Virus record (IMG/VR): IMGVR_UViG_3300035501_000471
Length of the DNA stretch: 64,000 bases
Reading direction: 5' to 3' (one strand)
Origin: a virus
Taxonomy: Duplodnaviria > Caudoviricetes
Numbering within the stretch: the stretch's first letter is position 1; every line of letters starts with the position of its first letter. Below, piece by piece: positions 29,543 to 39,876 of this stretch. Both the position numbers and the translations under genes were made by a program. The notes beneath the pieces are model-generated. The model was given only the letters and a program-made list of their open reading frames with translations. It was not told the origin of the DNA and did not search any database.

Positions 29543-31204
29543 TTAATAAAGTGATACACCAGCACCAAGTTTGATGTCAAATGTGTAGTAGTAAAGTTGA
29601 GGATGATGTCCAGCCTTTACAACTGCATAACGAGATTTCAAAGAGGTAACAGGCGCACCTTCCATACCTTCTGATGGATAAGAAAGTTTATCAGCCATCA
29701 AATAAGGCATGAATACGATACCGGGTTCATTGTCTTTACCTTTACGACCTACAACTACACGAGTGTCATCCCATGTCATGTAAGGATCTACATAGATAGA
29801 TACACCTGAAATTGCACCTACAGGATAAAGTGAACCAGCTGTTTGGTTGATTGTGTTAGAGAGAGGATAAGCCACGAAACCAGCACAATCTTGGAGAGCG
29901 GTAGCGATGGCAGCGGAACATACAGCGAATGTACCAGCACCTCTACGACCACGTTGAGCGATGAGGTTAGACGCAGCCAACACTTTACTCATGATTCTAC
30001 GTTGGATTGTACCAAGAGTTTCAGCACCACCACCAACAAATGAAGAAGCATAACCAGCGGGAACAGCTTCAGCAGTGTCAACAGTGAAGAATGTATTCAA
30101 CTCAATACCTTCAAATTGTTTAGCTTCATCATGGTTTTGAACACCAAGAGCGAAGATTTCATCTAACAATTCGCGGTTGATGTGTTGTGTCAATTCATTT
30201 ACCAACTCAGCTTCTACTTGAGCCAAAGCATCAATACCATAAGCCTTCAAGTCTTGGATTTGTTCACGAGTAATACTACCTTTAACTTGGATAGTTTTAG
30301 CTTTCACTTCTTGAGTGAATACGTTCAAACTCATCATGTTTGAAGGAGTAGATTCACCTGTTTCACGACTATATGCACCTGCACTCATGGGTTTACCATT
30401 CTTGAAACCAGCACCTGTGAAACCGGGAACGAAATCTTCAAGAGCTTTTACAGTATCAATGTCAGTTACAACACCACCAAAAGTCTTATCGACATCAGAA
30501 GTAAGAGCTGTGTAAAGGTTGGTTGAACTCTTTTCACCACCATTAACAAAAGCTTCATTGATGAAATTCTTTTCCTTTACTTGGAAAATAGGACGACCAT
30601 CAATACGACCGAATGATACGAAGATAAGTTGCCAATCTTGGAATTCAGTTACAGCACCTTCTACATAAACATCCTTTTTGTCACCAGCAGTCAAAGCTGA
30701 AGGAGCAATACGTTTGTCATCTTCAGTAACTGTCAATTTAACCATCAAAGGAGCGGTAGCAGAAGCGTCAGCATCACCAATTCCCGGATGACGATTTGTA
30801 CGACCACCTTCATATACATAATCCATATACTGTAAGATTCCAAGTGGGCCTTGCATGGGAACTACTGGGACAAGATCCAAAGCGATTGTTTGGGCAGCGA
30901 CTTGAACAGCGAGAGGAAGAAGTGAGAAAGGATTATCACCAGAACCTCTTTCACCAGTATAACCATTAGTAGGATTAGCACCGGGGAATGAAATATTACC
31001 CATACCACCTACATTCATATTAGGATTAAGGTGAGCGTAACCAAGAGCACTTTCATTCAAGTTCTCTTTTTCGTTCATATCATGGTAAGCACAATACTTA
31101 CTCATCCAAGTCAATTTACTACGATCTGTAACACCAGTTGACTCTGTAATGAAACCTGACCAAGTTTTCAAGATTTCACTTTCATTAAGAATTACGTTTT
31201 TCAT
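29543..31204 (-). CDS. Major capsid protein (T4 gp23-like)
   Basis: DLVPVVPMQGP, INRELL, IAQRGRRGAG, FMPY, KSRYAV; CATAAATA upstream. Confidence 0.93.
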   Translation of the reverse strand: MKNVILNESEILKTWSGFITESTGVTDRSKLTWMSKYCAYHDMNEKENLNESALGYAHLNPNMNVGGMGNISFPGANPTNGYTGERGSGDNPFSLLPLAVQVAAQTIALDLVPVVPMQGPLGILQYMDYVYEGGRTNRHPGIGDADASATAPLMVKLTVTEDDKRIAPSALTAGDKKDVYVEGAVTEFQDWQLIFVSFGRIDGRPIFQVKEKNFINEAFVNGGEKSSTNLYTALTSDVDKTFGGVVTDIDTVKALEDFVPGFTGAGFKNGKPMSAGAYSRETGESTPSNMMSLNVFTQEVKAKTIQVKGSITREQIQDLKAYGIDALAQVEAELVNELTQHINRELLDEIFALGVQNHDEAKQFEGIELNTFFTVDTAEAVPAGYASSFVGGGAETLGTIQRRIMSKVLAASNLIAQRGRRGAGTFAVCSAAIATALQDCAGFVAYPLSNTINQTAGSLYPVGAISGVSIYVDPYMTWDDTRVVVGRKGKDNEPGIVFMPYLMADKLSYPSEGMEGAPVTSLKSRYAVVKAGHHPQLYYYTFDIKLGAGVSLY

Positions 31205-31284
31205 TAAAAATTTAATTTTTATTATTATTATCGAATCAACTAAAGTTCTTTGCTTCTATTAACTTTAATTTAATTTTTTCTATA

Positions 31285-32397
31285 TTATTTATGTAAATTT
31301 TTTTTCAAAATTTTTAAGACCATTTCAAGGTCTGTTGAGAAGATTTCAAGGTAGTTTAGATTATTTTCGTGAGCCGTTTTTCGTTTCAAAACATCACTTA
31401 CTGTCCAAACATTTATTGCCCAGTCATAATAACCTGTACCTTTACTTTTCCATAAGTTTAATGTATTTATGTCATTTTGATTTTCAGAATTAAACGAGTG
31501 TCCTCCATGTGTCCAATGTCCCTGAATTTCAACATACAAATCATATTCAGGAAAATAGAAATCACAACAAAATGGATATACATCAGATTTATATTGTGAA
31601 ATGAAATTTATATTATTTGAGGTTAACCAAGTTGATAAATCTCTTTCTATTTTTGAACTATTAAATGTATGATTTAATTTTTTTGTTTGATACGATATTT
31701 CTTTATATTTATCTGTCTGAGTAAAGTAATCATGACCATATCTTTCTTGACAGGTTTGTTTCATCTTTTCTTGACATTCTGAGGTTAAACTATAACTTTC
31801 TTCACCATATCTATCTAAACAAGTCTGACGATATTTCTCTTTGTAAGCTAATGTCTTTGAAAAATTCTCAGCTCCATATCTTTCAAGAGATGTTTTTATA
31901 TATTTATTTTTATATTCATTTGTCTGTGAATAGTAATCATGACCATATCTTTCTTGACAGGTTTGTTTCATTCGATTTTTACATTCATCAGTTTGTGAAT
32001 AAAAGTTTGTTCCAAATTTGTTTATGTTAGTTTGTTTGGCTTTCTCTAAGTTGTAATAATTTCCATCACCATATTTTTCTAATTTAGTCTGGAAAACTTT
32101 TTGTTTTTTCTCATCGGAAGAAGAAGCACATGACCACGAACAAAAATCGTCATAACCGATTACCATGTTTCTAAATCTACATCTATTTTTACCACAATGT
32201 TTACAGATACCAAGTTTAAGTTCTTTATCATCATGGAAGAAGTGAAATAGTTTTTGGTTGAATTTGAAATTATCCGGAAATGCCCAAAGAGAAACTTCAT
32301 CATATACATCAGGAAAATGTTTTTTGAAGTAGTTTTCCTTTGTATAGTTTCCATGACCATTATGTTTCAGATATTCAAATAATTCAGATTTAGTCAT
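31285..32397 (-). CDS. Free-standing putative homing endonuclease with KQTCxERYG repeats
   Basis: Shared N-terminal Zn ribbon, about 5 TCxERYG-type repeats, YPFCCDFYFPEYDLYVEIQGHWTHG. Confidence 0.75.
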   Translation of the reverse strand: MTKSELFEYLKHNGHGNYTKENYFKKHFPDVYDEVSLWAFPDNFKFNQKLFHFFHDDKELKLGICKHCGKNRCRFRNMVIGYDDFCSWSCASSSDEKKQKVFQTKLEKYGDGNYYNLEKAKQTNINKFGTNFYSQTDECKNRMKQTCQERYGHDYYSQTNEYKNKYIKTSLERYGAENFSKTLAYKEKYRQTCLDRYGEESYSLTSECQEKMKQTCQERYGHDYFTQTDKYKEISYQTKKLNHTFNSSKIERDLSTWLTSNNINFISQYKSDVYPFCCDFYFPEYDLYVEIQGHWTHGGHSFNSENQNDINTLNLWKSKGTGYYDWAINVWTVSDVLKRKTAHENNLNYLEIFSTDLEMVLKILKKNLHK

Positions 32398-32448
32398 AGT
32401 ATATTTATGAAAAAACTGGAAATCTGTTACAATTCCCAGTTTTATATT

Positions 32449-32919
32449 TTATTCATTATTAGTTTCATCCTCAGTTTGAATCACCGCATCTTTAGGAAAA
32501 TCGAATGTTCCATATTTACGAGGTGGTTTTCTATATGGACAACCATTTACTTCACATCTATACCAGTTAAGTTCAGAGATTATTCTATCTTTTTTGGCAC
32601 TTTGAATTTTACAGTTAGAGGTTTCTTCCCAAGCGGACTCTTTAGAATTATAGACTTCGATTAGTTTGTCCTCTTTTTCTTTTAGTTTTTCGTTTAGTTC
32701 TGTAATTTGTTGTTTTAAGTTGTCAATTTCCTGAGATTTCACATCGCAGAGTTTTTTCCATTCTTCATTGGTCGAAGATTCGTTTGTAATTTCAGCGGAC
32801 TTTACTTCAGCATCCTTTATTTTCCTTTCCTGTTTGAAGTAAAAAATACTTCCAATTCCACCAGCAGATAATAAAGTAATAAGTCCGGTTATTATCATTT
32901 GAAGTATTTCCGAAGACAT
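32449..32919 (-). CDS. Membrane-anchored coiled-coil protein (possible lysis/holin-type)
   Basis: N-terminal TM helix, coiled coil, RCEVNGCPYRKPP. Confidence 0.55.
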   Translation of the reverse strand: MSSEILQMIITGLITLLSAGGIGSIFYFKQERKIKDAEVKSAEITNESSTNEEWKKLCDVKSQEIDNLKQQITELNEKLKEKEDKLIEVYNSKESAWEETSNCKIQSAKKDRIISELNWYRCEVNGCPYRKPPRKYGTFDFPKDAVIQTEDETNNE

Positions 32920-32949
32920 TATGTTGTAATTATTGTGTATTTAATCAAA

Positions 32950-32979
32950 ATTGTAGGGGAGTTTAATGTCCCCTACAAA
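32950..32979 (-). terminator. Intrinsic terminator
   Basis: ttgtagggga...tcccctacaa. Confidence 0.65.
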
Positions 32980-32986
32980 TGGTATA

Positions 32987-34906
32987 TTAATATTTTCTCA
33001 TTCTCATTTTGATTTGCTCAGCTAACATTTTGTAATGGTCGTTATTCATTACACTTTCAGACACATTATTTTTATTAGGTTGAGCGGTTACTTTTTCCTC
33101 TACCTTTTGAATTTCTATTTGTTTTTCTCTTAGGTCGCGAGTATTCCAGAAATATTCAGCAGATTGAGGTGTGTTAATTACGAACATCTTTGATTCGGCT
33201 AAGATTTCTTGTTTTCTTTCATCTGACAATTTAGACCATTTTTCTTGTAGTCTATTTGGGATAAAGTTGATAAGTGTGAAATTCTTAGTATCACCGAGTT
33301 TCTTTTTAGATTCTTCAAGTGCTTCAGCTTCGAGTTTCTTAGTTTCCTCATATTGTGTTTTAACGGTTGAAATGAGAGAGTTAAGTTTTTCACTGAGTTC
33401 ACTTTGATATTTCTTAGAATCAAATTTTTCAACGGGTTTCTCAACTGGTTTTTCAGTAGGAGTAACACTTTCCTCGATAGGTTTAGGTGTATCTACTGGT
33501 TTATTGACATTTTCAGTGATATAATTCTTATTTTCGATTACATCATTAAGATTTTCAGCGAGGTAATCTGAATGTTTAATTACATTGTCAATACTTTCAG
33601 CGAGGTAATCTTGATGGTCAACCATTTGATTCATCTTTTCAACAAGATAATCAGTGTGAGCGATTGACTTGTTTTGTTCCTCAGCCAACATATTAGAATA
33701 ATCAATAGACTTATCTAACATTTCAGCAACATAGTTTTGATAACCAATAGTATCATTAAGATTTTCTACAATGTAATCTTGATGGTCAATTATCTTATTC
33801 ATATTCTCAGCAAGATAATTGTTATGACTAATTATCTTATTAGTTTCTTCTGTGATATAGTCTTGATGACTGATAGACTTGTCGAGAGTTTCGGCTAAGT
33901 AATTGACATATTTGGTCAAGTTGTTATACTTTTCTTCCATTGCGGTAGCTTTCTGAACAAGTTCCTCATCTTCAACTGCTGGTTTTACAGATTTAGTCAA
34001 AGTTTTAACTTCTTTAGCAACCATGTCCGCAATCATAGAGTTATCTACATTAGACGCATCAAATGTCATAGTAGGTCTATCATTCTTAATGCTTGTGAGT
34101 TCAGTTTTATAATTAGCTATGGCACTTTGGAGATCAGTAATTATTTCTGACAAATGTTCACTATACTTTTGGAAATCAGAGTAACTAATGAATTGTCCGT
34201 TCTCCATATTATTTGATTTATTTTGTGTATCCATTGTTGTTCCATTATTGGCCACTTCTTCTGTGTTTTTACCAGTTTGAACGGCTCCACTGTTTGAAGT
34301 TAGTTGTCCTCCTTCTTTACCAATTTCAGGTGTCAAATCTGTGTGAGCATCTTCTGACAAATCATAAATAGCCAAGTTATCATCATTAGCAAATCCATAA
34401 CTTTCATTCACTCTTGTTAAAGTCGCATTGGCAAAACCGGGTTCAGCGACCAAATCATAAGTAAATAATTGTTGAAGTCTTACTTTACCTGATTCATCAA
34501 CTGTTCCGGCGGCTCTTGAACTGATATGTAAGGGAATACCATCTTTAACGAGTGCTTGAGCTTCTTTACCTTTTGATGTATTTAACAATCTAACTTTACC
34601 AATGATTGCGTTTTGTTGGGGATCAAATTCCAACTTTTCAATTACGTGTGATACGTTAGCTAATGTTGTTTCAAAAGAATGTGGGTGGTCTAATTCACCG
34701 AGTAAAGAACCTGAATTAATTTGTTCCTTCAAAGACTCTACATGAGGTAGAAAGTCTGCACTCTCATAAATTCGACCATTTCTATTTTTGGTGTTGAAAG
34801 TGGTGAACAAACCTGTTAATATGATAGAATCATTGTCTTTATCTTGTTCAAAATTTAGATTTGAACTACAATGTTCAACTATTAATAGTTTCTTATTTTC
34901 TTTCAT
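32987..34906 (-). CDS. Prohead protease (gp21-like) fused to scaffold/core region
   Basis: NRNGRIY, LGELDHP, ISSRAAG, TYDLVAEPGF; C-terminal 14-aa HQDYLAE repeats. Confidence 0.9.
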   Translation of the reverse strand: MKENKKLLIVEHCSSNLNFEQDKDNDSIILTGLFTTFNTKNRNGRIYESADFLPHVESLKEQINSGSLLGELDHPHSFETTLANVSHVIEKLEFDPQQNAIIGKVRLLNTSKGKEAQALVKDGIPLHISSRAAGTVDESGKVRLQQLFTYDLVAEPGFANATLTRVNESYGFANDDNLAIYDLSEDAHTDLTPEIGKEGGQLTSNSGAVQTGKNTEEVANNGTTMDTQNKSNNMENGQFISYSDFQKYSEHLSEIITDLQSAIANYKTELTSIKNDRPTMTFDASNVDNSMIADMVAKEVKTLTKSVKPAVEDEELVQKATAMEEKYNNLTKYVNYLAETLDKSISHQDYITEETNKIISHNNYLAENMNKIIDHQDYIVENLNDTIGYQNYVAEMLDKSIDYSNMLAEEQNKSIAHTDYLVEKMNQMVDHQDYLAESIDNVIKHSDYLAENLNDVIENKNYITENVNKPVDTPKPIEESVTPTEKPVEKPVEKFDSKKYQSELSEKLNSLISTVKTQYEETKKLEAEALEESKKKLGDTKNFTLINFIPNRLQEKWSKLSDERKQEILAESKMFVINTPQSAEYFWNTRDLREKQIEIQKVEEKVTAQPNKNNVSESVMNNDHYKMLAEQIKMRMRKY

Positions 34907-34927
34907 CGTAATGTCTATAATATTTAA

Positions 34928-36241
34928 TTATATTGTATTTATGAAATTTATTTTTTCAATTTCTGTGGATGTGAGTATAATCACTTCATTTCTAAGCATA
35001 CATTGATGTTTAGCTTCATAAAGTCCATCTTGATTTCTGTCATATGGATTTATCATCTTACCACCATCAAAAAAATGATTACCTTTCACCTCATATAACT
35101 TTCCTTCAATCAAAAAATCAGGTTTATATATGTGAACTTTGTTGTTAAATTCATACTCAAAATGTATATCGGGTTGGTAGATGTAATTTATGTGATTTAC
35201 AAAACAAAATTCAGCCACCTTTCTTTCCCAAGTCGAATCAAAAGTTTCATGAGTTATATCACTGACAAATCTATGTTTTTTAGATTTATGGTATTCATCA
35301 CTTTTTGTATAGTGATCAACTCCATATTTATTTATACAGGTTTGTTTTGATTTCTCTTGAAAGTCCTTTGTTTGAAAATAACATTCAGTCCCATATTTAT
35401 CAAGATTTGTCTTTTCAATTTTATTTCTATGTTGTTGTTTTTCTTCTTTTGATTTATTAGAAAATGTGTTTGACCTTTTCTGAGCACAGTTTAAGTAGTA
35501 ATTTTCCAGTGAACCATATTTAGAAATGATGTTTTCCATATATGATGACCTTATATCCTCATTGTTTAGTTGACATTCAGTCCCATATTTATCAAGATTT
35601 GTTTGTTTCCTTTTCTCTTTTATTAATTGTTTTTCATCATCAGTTTTAGAATAATATGACTGTGAGATTTTTTGTCCATATTGTGTATAGTAATTTTTCA
35701 ATGAACCATACTTTGAAATTAATGTTTGTTTAGTTTTCTCTATATTTGGTTCTCCTTTACTATTTCTCACTTTATCAGTTTGTCCTATGAAAGATACTCC
35801 ATATAAATCTAAGCATGTCTGTTGTCTTTTTAACTGAGCGATTTCTTTTTCATTATCAGTCATATTTAGTTTTATATCTGACATCTTTTTTGAAAATTCT
35901 TCTTTTTTCTCATCTGACCAATCATTTCTGGTTTTTGATATTTTGTCTTTGACTGACTGACTATTATTTTTACAAGTAGTGGAACAAAATCTATAATAAC
36001 CCTTTGAGAATGATTTATATTGACATCTACTACCACATTGTTCACATTTTCCAAGTTCAAAGTTCAAATCATCATGGAGATAGTGATATAGTTTTTGAGA
36101 GAATGTAAAATTATCCGGATAGTCAAATACCACAAGGTCACTATACAACTCAGGGAAATTAGTTTTTACATATTTCTCATTTGTATAGTGACCTGACCTA
36201 TTATTAGTTTCGCACAATTTTATGTAATCGAGTTTTTTCAT
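34928..36241 (-). CDS. Free-standing putative homing endonuclease with KYG repeats
   Basis: Shared Zn-ribbon N-terminus; FDSTWE...YKPDFLIEGKLYEVKG; ATG overlaps the portal stop (TAATG). Confidence 0.75.
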   Translation of the reverse strand: MKKLDYIKLCETNNRSGHYTNEKYVKTNFPELYSDLVVFDYPDNFTFSQKLYHYLHDDLNFELGKCEQCGSRCQYKSFSKGYYRFCSTTCKNNSQSVKDKISKTRNDWSDEKKEEFSKKMSDIKLNMTDNEKEIAQLKRQQTCLDLYGVSFIGQTDKVRNSKGEPNIEKTKQTLISKYGSLKNYYTQYGQKISQSYYSKTDDEKQLIKEKRKQTNLDKYGTECQLNNEDIRSSYMENIISKYGSLENYYLNCAQKRSNTFSNKSKEEKQQHRNKIEKTNLDKYGTECYFQTKDFQEKSKQTCINKYGVDHYTKSDEYHKSKKHRFVSDITHETFDSTWERKVAEFCFVNHINYIYQPDIHFEYEFNNKVHIYKPDFLIEGKLYEVKGNHFFDGGKMINPYDRNQDGLYEAKHQCMLRNEVIILTSTEIEKINFINTI

Positions 36242-37944
36242 TATAATCCTGCTAATGGACTACCTCCTCCATCATCATCACCTCCATCATCATCTTCCTT
36301 TTTCTTTTCGGGTTTGAATTTGTCTTTGGGTACACCATTCAATATCTGAGCGATGTCTTCTTGTTTATACCCTTCTTTCTTCAAGGCCTTTTCATCTTTA
36401 TATCTTTGATTTTGTTTCAATTCCTCATCAGTCATATCAAAGTATTTTCTAATGACGAAATCAATATCAAAATAAGGTGTTTCATTACCCTCATCATCTT
36501 GAACAGTAAGAGTTGACATAATAGATGAAATAAAGTCTGATTGTTTTTGAAGATATTCCATCTGTTTGTTCTTCTCAAATAAAGAGTCAGAGTTATATTC
36601 AAGTCCAAGATTGACACGATAATTAATATCTGTCATAATGAACTTATATTTCAAACACATCTGGATATAAAGAGGTTTGATAAGTATCTCTGCGAAGATT
36701 GATCTTAATCTCTTGATGAATTTAGAGAAACGAATTTCTTCACGAGCGATACCTTCCGCAGACATCGAGTATTGACCTTCACCTTGGTCTTTGTCAAATC
36801 GAGTTAAAGGAATTTTGGAAGCTTGCCTTAGTTTATCTCTAAAATATTTCAATGCTTCTGTATCTGAAATCTCCGGACCGTCACCTCCTAATGGTTGGAT
36901 TTGAGGAGTTTCACCACCTTCAGAAGCCATGAAAATATCTTTATAGAATTGAAGCATTGGTCTACCATTGGTTTTAATTTCACCACTGTCCCAATCGAAA
37001 TCAACCAATTCCTTATAGTTATTCATGGCCTTCGCTAATGTTTGACGACCTCTTGGAGATTGAACTGAACCAACAGGAATGATGTACTGTGTCTTATATG
37101 ATGAATTAGTAACAGCCCAAATTATTCTTGTGGCTTCCATTGTTCTAAGGATGTTAAATGAACGAACAAGTCTTTCAACATAAGAAATCCTTGAAACTGC
37201 GTCAGCCTTTGCATATGACAGGTAAATAATTTGAGAATCATATAATATTCTATCTTGTGTTGTTTGACCATTCACATTTGTCTGTTGATTGACAAACCAC
37301 ACCTTTTCATTAGTGTTAGGATCAATACCCGGTGTCAAACTTGCAGGGTCTAATTCAACAAAACCAATTATCTCAGTTTGTTCCGCATTATACACAATTT
37401 CAAAAGCCAAGAAACCATCTATCAACCATTTACGGAAATAATCAGTAGCTTGAACAGTGTCATAAAAACCAAAGTAATTATACAACTTATTATATTCTTC
37501 CGTAAATTCATTCAAAAGGTCTTGGTCAACTTTGTAATTTAACTTAACTGTGGCGAATTTGTTAGCATCATCAAACACAATAGTTTCATCACATATAATG
37601 TCCAAGATTTCTTCAATTTCATCTTGAAGAGCAAACTTTCTTAGTTGTTCTTTTTTCTTTTGATAATTTTCTTCAGTTAAATTAAAATAACCCTTACCTA
37701 AAGATGGATCAGTAGATGACATACGGGCAAACAAAACCTGAACATTCTCATCATAAATCGAACCCACTTGTCCATTTTGAGGATTGGATTGTAGGTTCTG
37801 TTGATTCAATGTCAAGTCCTGTGACCTTACATTTCTAATCACATCATCCTTGTAGTTCATTCCAAATCGTGAAATCTGTCTTAACCTACGGATTACTGGA
37901 TTAGGATTATTTACATTATTTCTTAAATTTGTAAAACCTGCCAT
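36241..37944 (-). CDS. Portal protein (T4 gp20-like)
   Basis: FRKWLIDG, YFRDKLRQASKIPLTRF, IAREEIRFSKFIKRLR. Confidence 0.92.
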   Translation of the reverse strand: MAGFTNLRNNVNNPNPVIRRLRQISRFGMNYKDDVIRNVRSQDLTLNQQNLQSNPQNGQVGSIYDENVQVLFARMSSTDPSLGKGYFNLTEENYQKKKEQLRKFALQDEIEEILDIICDETIVFDDANKFATVKLNYKVDQDLLNEFTEEYNKLYNYFGFYDTVQATDYFRKWLIDGFLAFEIVYNAEQTEIIGFVELDPASLTPGIDPNTNEKVWFVNQQTNVNGQTTQDRILYDSQIIYLSYAKADAVSRISYVERLVRSFNILRTMEATRIIWAVTNSSYKTQYIIPVGSVQSPRGRQTLAKAMNNYKELVDFDWDSGEIKTNGRPMLQFYKDIFMASEGGETPQIQPLGGDGPEISDTEALKYFRDKLRQASKIPLTRFDKDQGEGQYSMSAEGIAREEIRFSKFIKRLRSIFAEILIKPLYIQMCLKYKFIMTDINYRVNLGLEYNSDSLFEKNKQMEYLQKQSDFISSIMSTLTVQDDEGNETPYFDIDFVIRKYFDMTDEELKQNQRYKDEKALKKEGYKQEDIAQILNGVPKDKFKPEKKKEDDDGGDDDGGGSPLAGL

Positions 37945-37946
37945 GT

Positions 37947-38237
37947 TTAAGTAGTTTTCTTAAGTCCATAACGAGACAACAACAAATTATCAATAGTTGT
38001 TAGATTGTCTGTTGATAGTATAGATGTATATTTAGTATCCAACACTCTTAAAACTTCTTTATTAATAAGTGGTGTCAAAGTCAATCTGTCAGCCTTCTTA
38101 TTATAGTTAGTTTCCAGTGTTGATAATCGTTTTTTAATTGCGGTGATTTCATCCTCAACCTTGTCATTGTTGTTATTGTATATCTCAACAAATGCAGATA
38201 TATTGGTTGTACCTGATATCTTTTCACAAATTGCCAT
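37947..38237 (-). CDS. Hypothetical protein
   Basis: Likely start ATG 38237 (MAICEKISG), just after the upstream stop. Confidence 0.55.
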   Translation of the reverse strand: MAICEKISGTTNISAFVEIYNNNNDKVEDEITAIKKRLSTLETNYNKKADRLTLTPLINKEVLRVLDTKYTSILSTDNLTTIDNLLLSRYGLKKTT

Positions 38238-38247
38238 GTAAAAAAAA

Positions 38248-38529
38248 TTATTGTTTGTATCCAATGTATGAAGCAACCATTGTAGTAAACATTCTACTGG
38301 TTAACAGATTATATAAAATTCCACTGTTTACCCCAAGTGCTTTACAAATTGCCTTTCCAATAGTCGGTCCAACGGTTACACCAGTCAAACCTCCTAATAC
38401 TGTGCCAAGAATACCTTCATCAATTTCTTCCCCTTTCTTTTCGAGTAATAATTGACAAAGTTTATCTGACATCTCATTTACTTTTTCTTCATCAATGTTT
38501 CCAAAATATTCTTCTGAAACTTTCTTCAT
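38248..38529 (-). CDS. Small late protein, candidate processed head protein
   Basis: CATAAATA at 38556-38563; IDEG followed by a Gly-rich hydrophobic segment. Confidence 0.65.
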   Translation of the reverse strand: MKKVSEEYFGNIDEEKVNEMSDKLCQLLLEKKGEEIDEGILGTVLGGLTGVTVGPTIGKAICKALGVNSGILYNLLTSRMFTTMVASYIGYKQ

Positions 38530-38558
38530 AACATCTAATGATTATACATATAAGATAT

Positions 38559-39809
38559 TTATGATTTTTTTCTAAGTCTCATTTGTCCAGAAGTCCAACA
38601 ATCAAAACCAAATTTATTGTCATGTCTGGTAGGTTCGATTAATGAAATAACCTCATAACCATTGTTTATGTAGTTGTTAACCATAGTTGTATCTAAATCA
38701 ATTACAACTTCAGGATTATCTTCAATTACCGTATTTTCATTATAAATTTTTTGTAATATGATTTGTTTCATTTCATCCTGTCTATCCTGCCAGTCATCCT
38801 CCCATATTTGTATTAATTGAATCCCTTTTAACCAACAACTTAAAAACTTAGATTGATGATATGTCCTGTCTTTGAAAATTGAACTGTGCCAATAAATTCC
38901 ATTAAACTCAAAACCTAAATGTAAATCAGGTAAGTAAATATCTATCTCTTTTCCATCTAAAATTGTTCTATCATTTTCAACTATTTCACCATTATAATTA
39001 TCTCTTATAAATTGATACATTGACCTTTCTTTTGATGATATAAGTGACCTATATTTAGTTCTTATTGTACAAATATCAATATTACGACTGTTTCTACCTG
39101 AAAATGTTATCTTATCTATTTCAAATTGTTTTTCTTTACATAGATTACATGATTCATCCGGACATTTACAAACAAAACTATTATCTCTTATCTCAATTAT
39201 ATTTGGATGACGTTTTAAAAGACTATCATAGAATTTTTTTCGTATCATTTCTTTCACCTCTCTATCTTGAAATGAATTAATGATATCTCCACCATATTTA
39301 GACATACAATATTCCTTATAATACTCTTGATATTGCTGACTTTGAGTGAACCAATCATGTCCAAACTTTTCTTGATTTGTTTGAATTACTTGTTGTTTCC
39401 ATTTGTCAGTTTGTGAATATCGTTTGACTCCATATCTGTCTAAAAATGTCTGTTTAACTTTCTGTTGTATTTTGTCTTTTTCACTTTTAGATTTTGGATT
39501 TGACTTTATCTTATTATTATGGTTTTTTATCATCGCAGGACAATTACTTCTACAAAATTGGTTATATCCAAACTTAAAATTTCTGAATTTCAATTTTCCA
39601 CCACATCCACAAATTCTTTCATCATAATCATCCCTTAAAAAATGCCACAGTTTTTGTTTGAAGTCAATTATAGAATCTGGAAATTTAACCATCATCATTT
39701 CTTCATATGTATCAGGGAACATTTTTTTGAAGTATTTTTCAATAACTAATCTTCCACAATACTCTTTATTATGTACATTGATAAAAGTCAAAATATCTTT
39801 CTTATCCAT
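38559..39809 (-). CDS. Free-standing putative homing endonuclease
   Basis: Shared Zn-ribbon N-terminus, RYG repeats, EIDIYLPD...FEFNGIYWHS...IWEDDW. Confidence 0.75.
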   Translation of the reverse strand: MDKKDILTFINVHNKEYCGRLVIEKYFKKMFPDTYEEMMMVKFPDSIIDFKQKLWHFLRDDYDERICGCGGKLKFRNFKFGYNQFCRSNCPAMIKNHNNKIKSNPKSKSEKDKIQQKVKQTFLDRYGVKRYSQTDKWKQQVIQTNQEKFGHDWFTQSQQYQEYYKEYCMSKYGGDIINSFQDREVKEMIRKKFYDSLLKRHPNIIEIRDNSFVCKCPDESCNLCKEKQFEIDKITFSGRNSRNIDICTIRTKYRSLISSKERSMYQFIRDNYNGEIVENDRTILDGKEIDIYLPDLHLGFEFNGIYWHSSIFKDRTYHQSKFLSCWLKGIQLIQIWEDDWQDRQDEMKQIILQKIYNENTVIEDNPEVVIDLDTTMVNNYINNGYEVISLIEPTRHDNKFGFDCWTSGQMRLRKKS

Positions 39810-39876
39810 ATAATAAAAATAACAAATGGCTGAGAACCATTAAATTCCCAGCCATTATATATAATATGTGTTAAAA

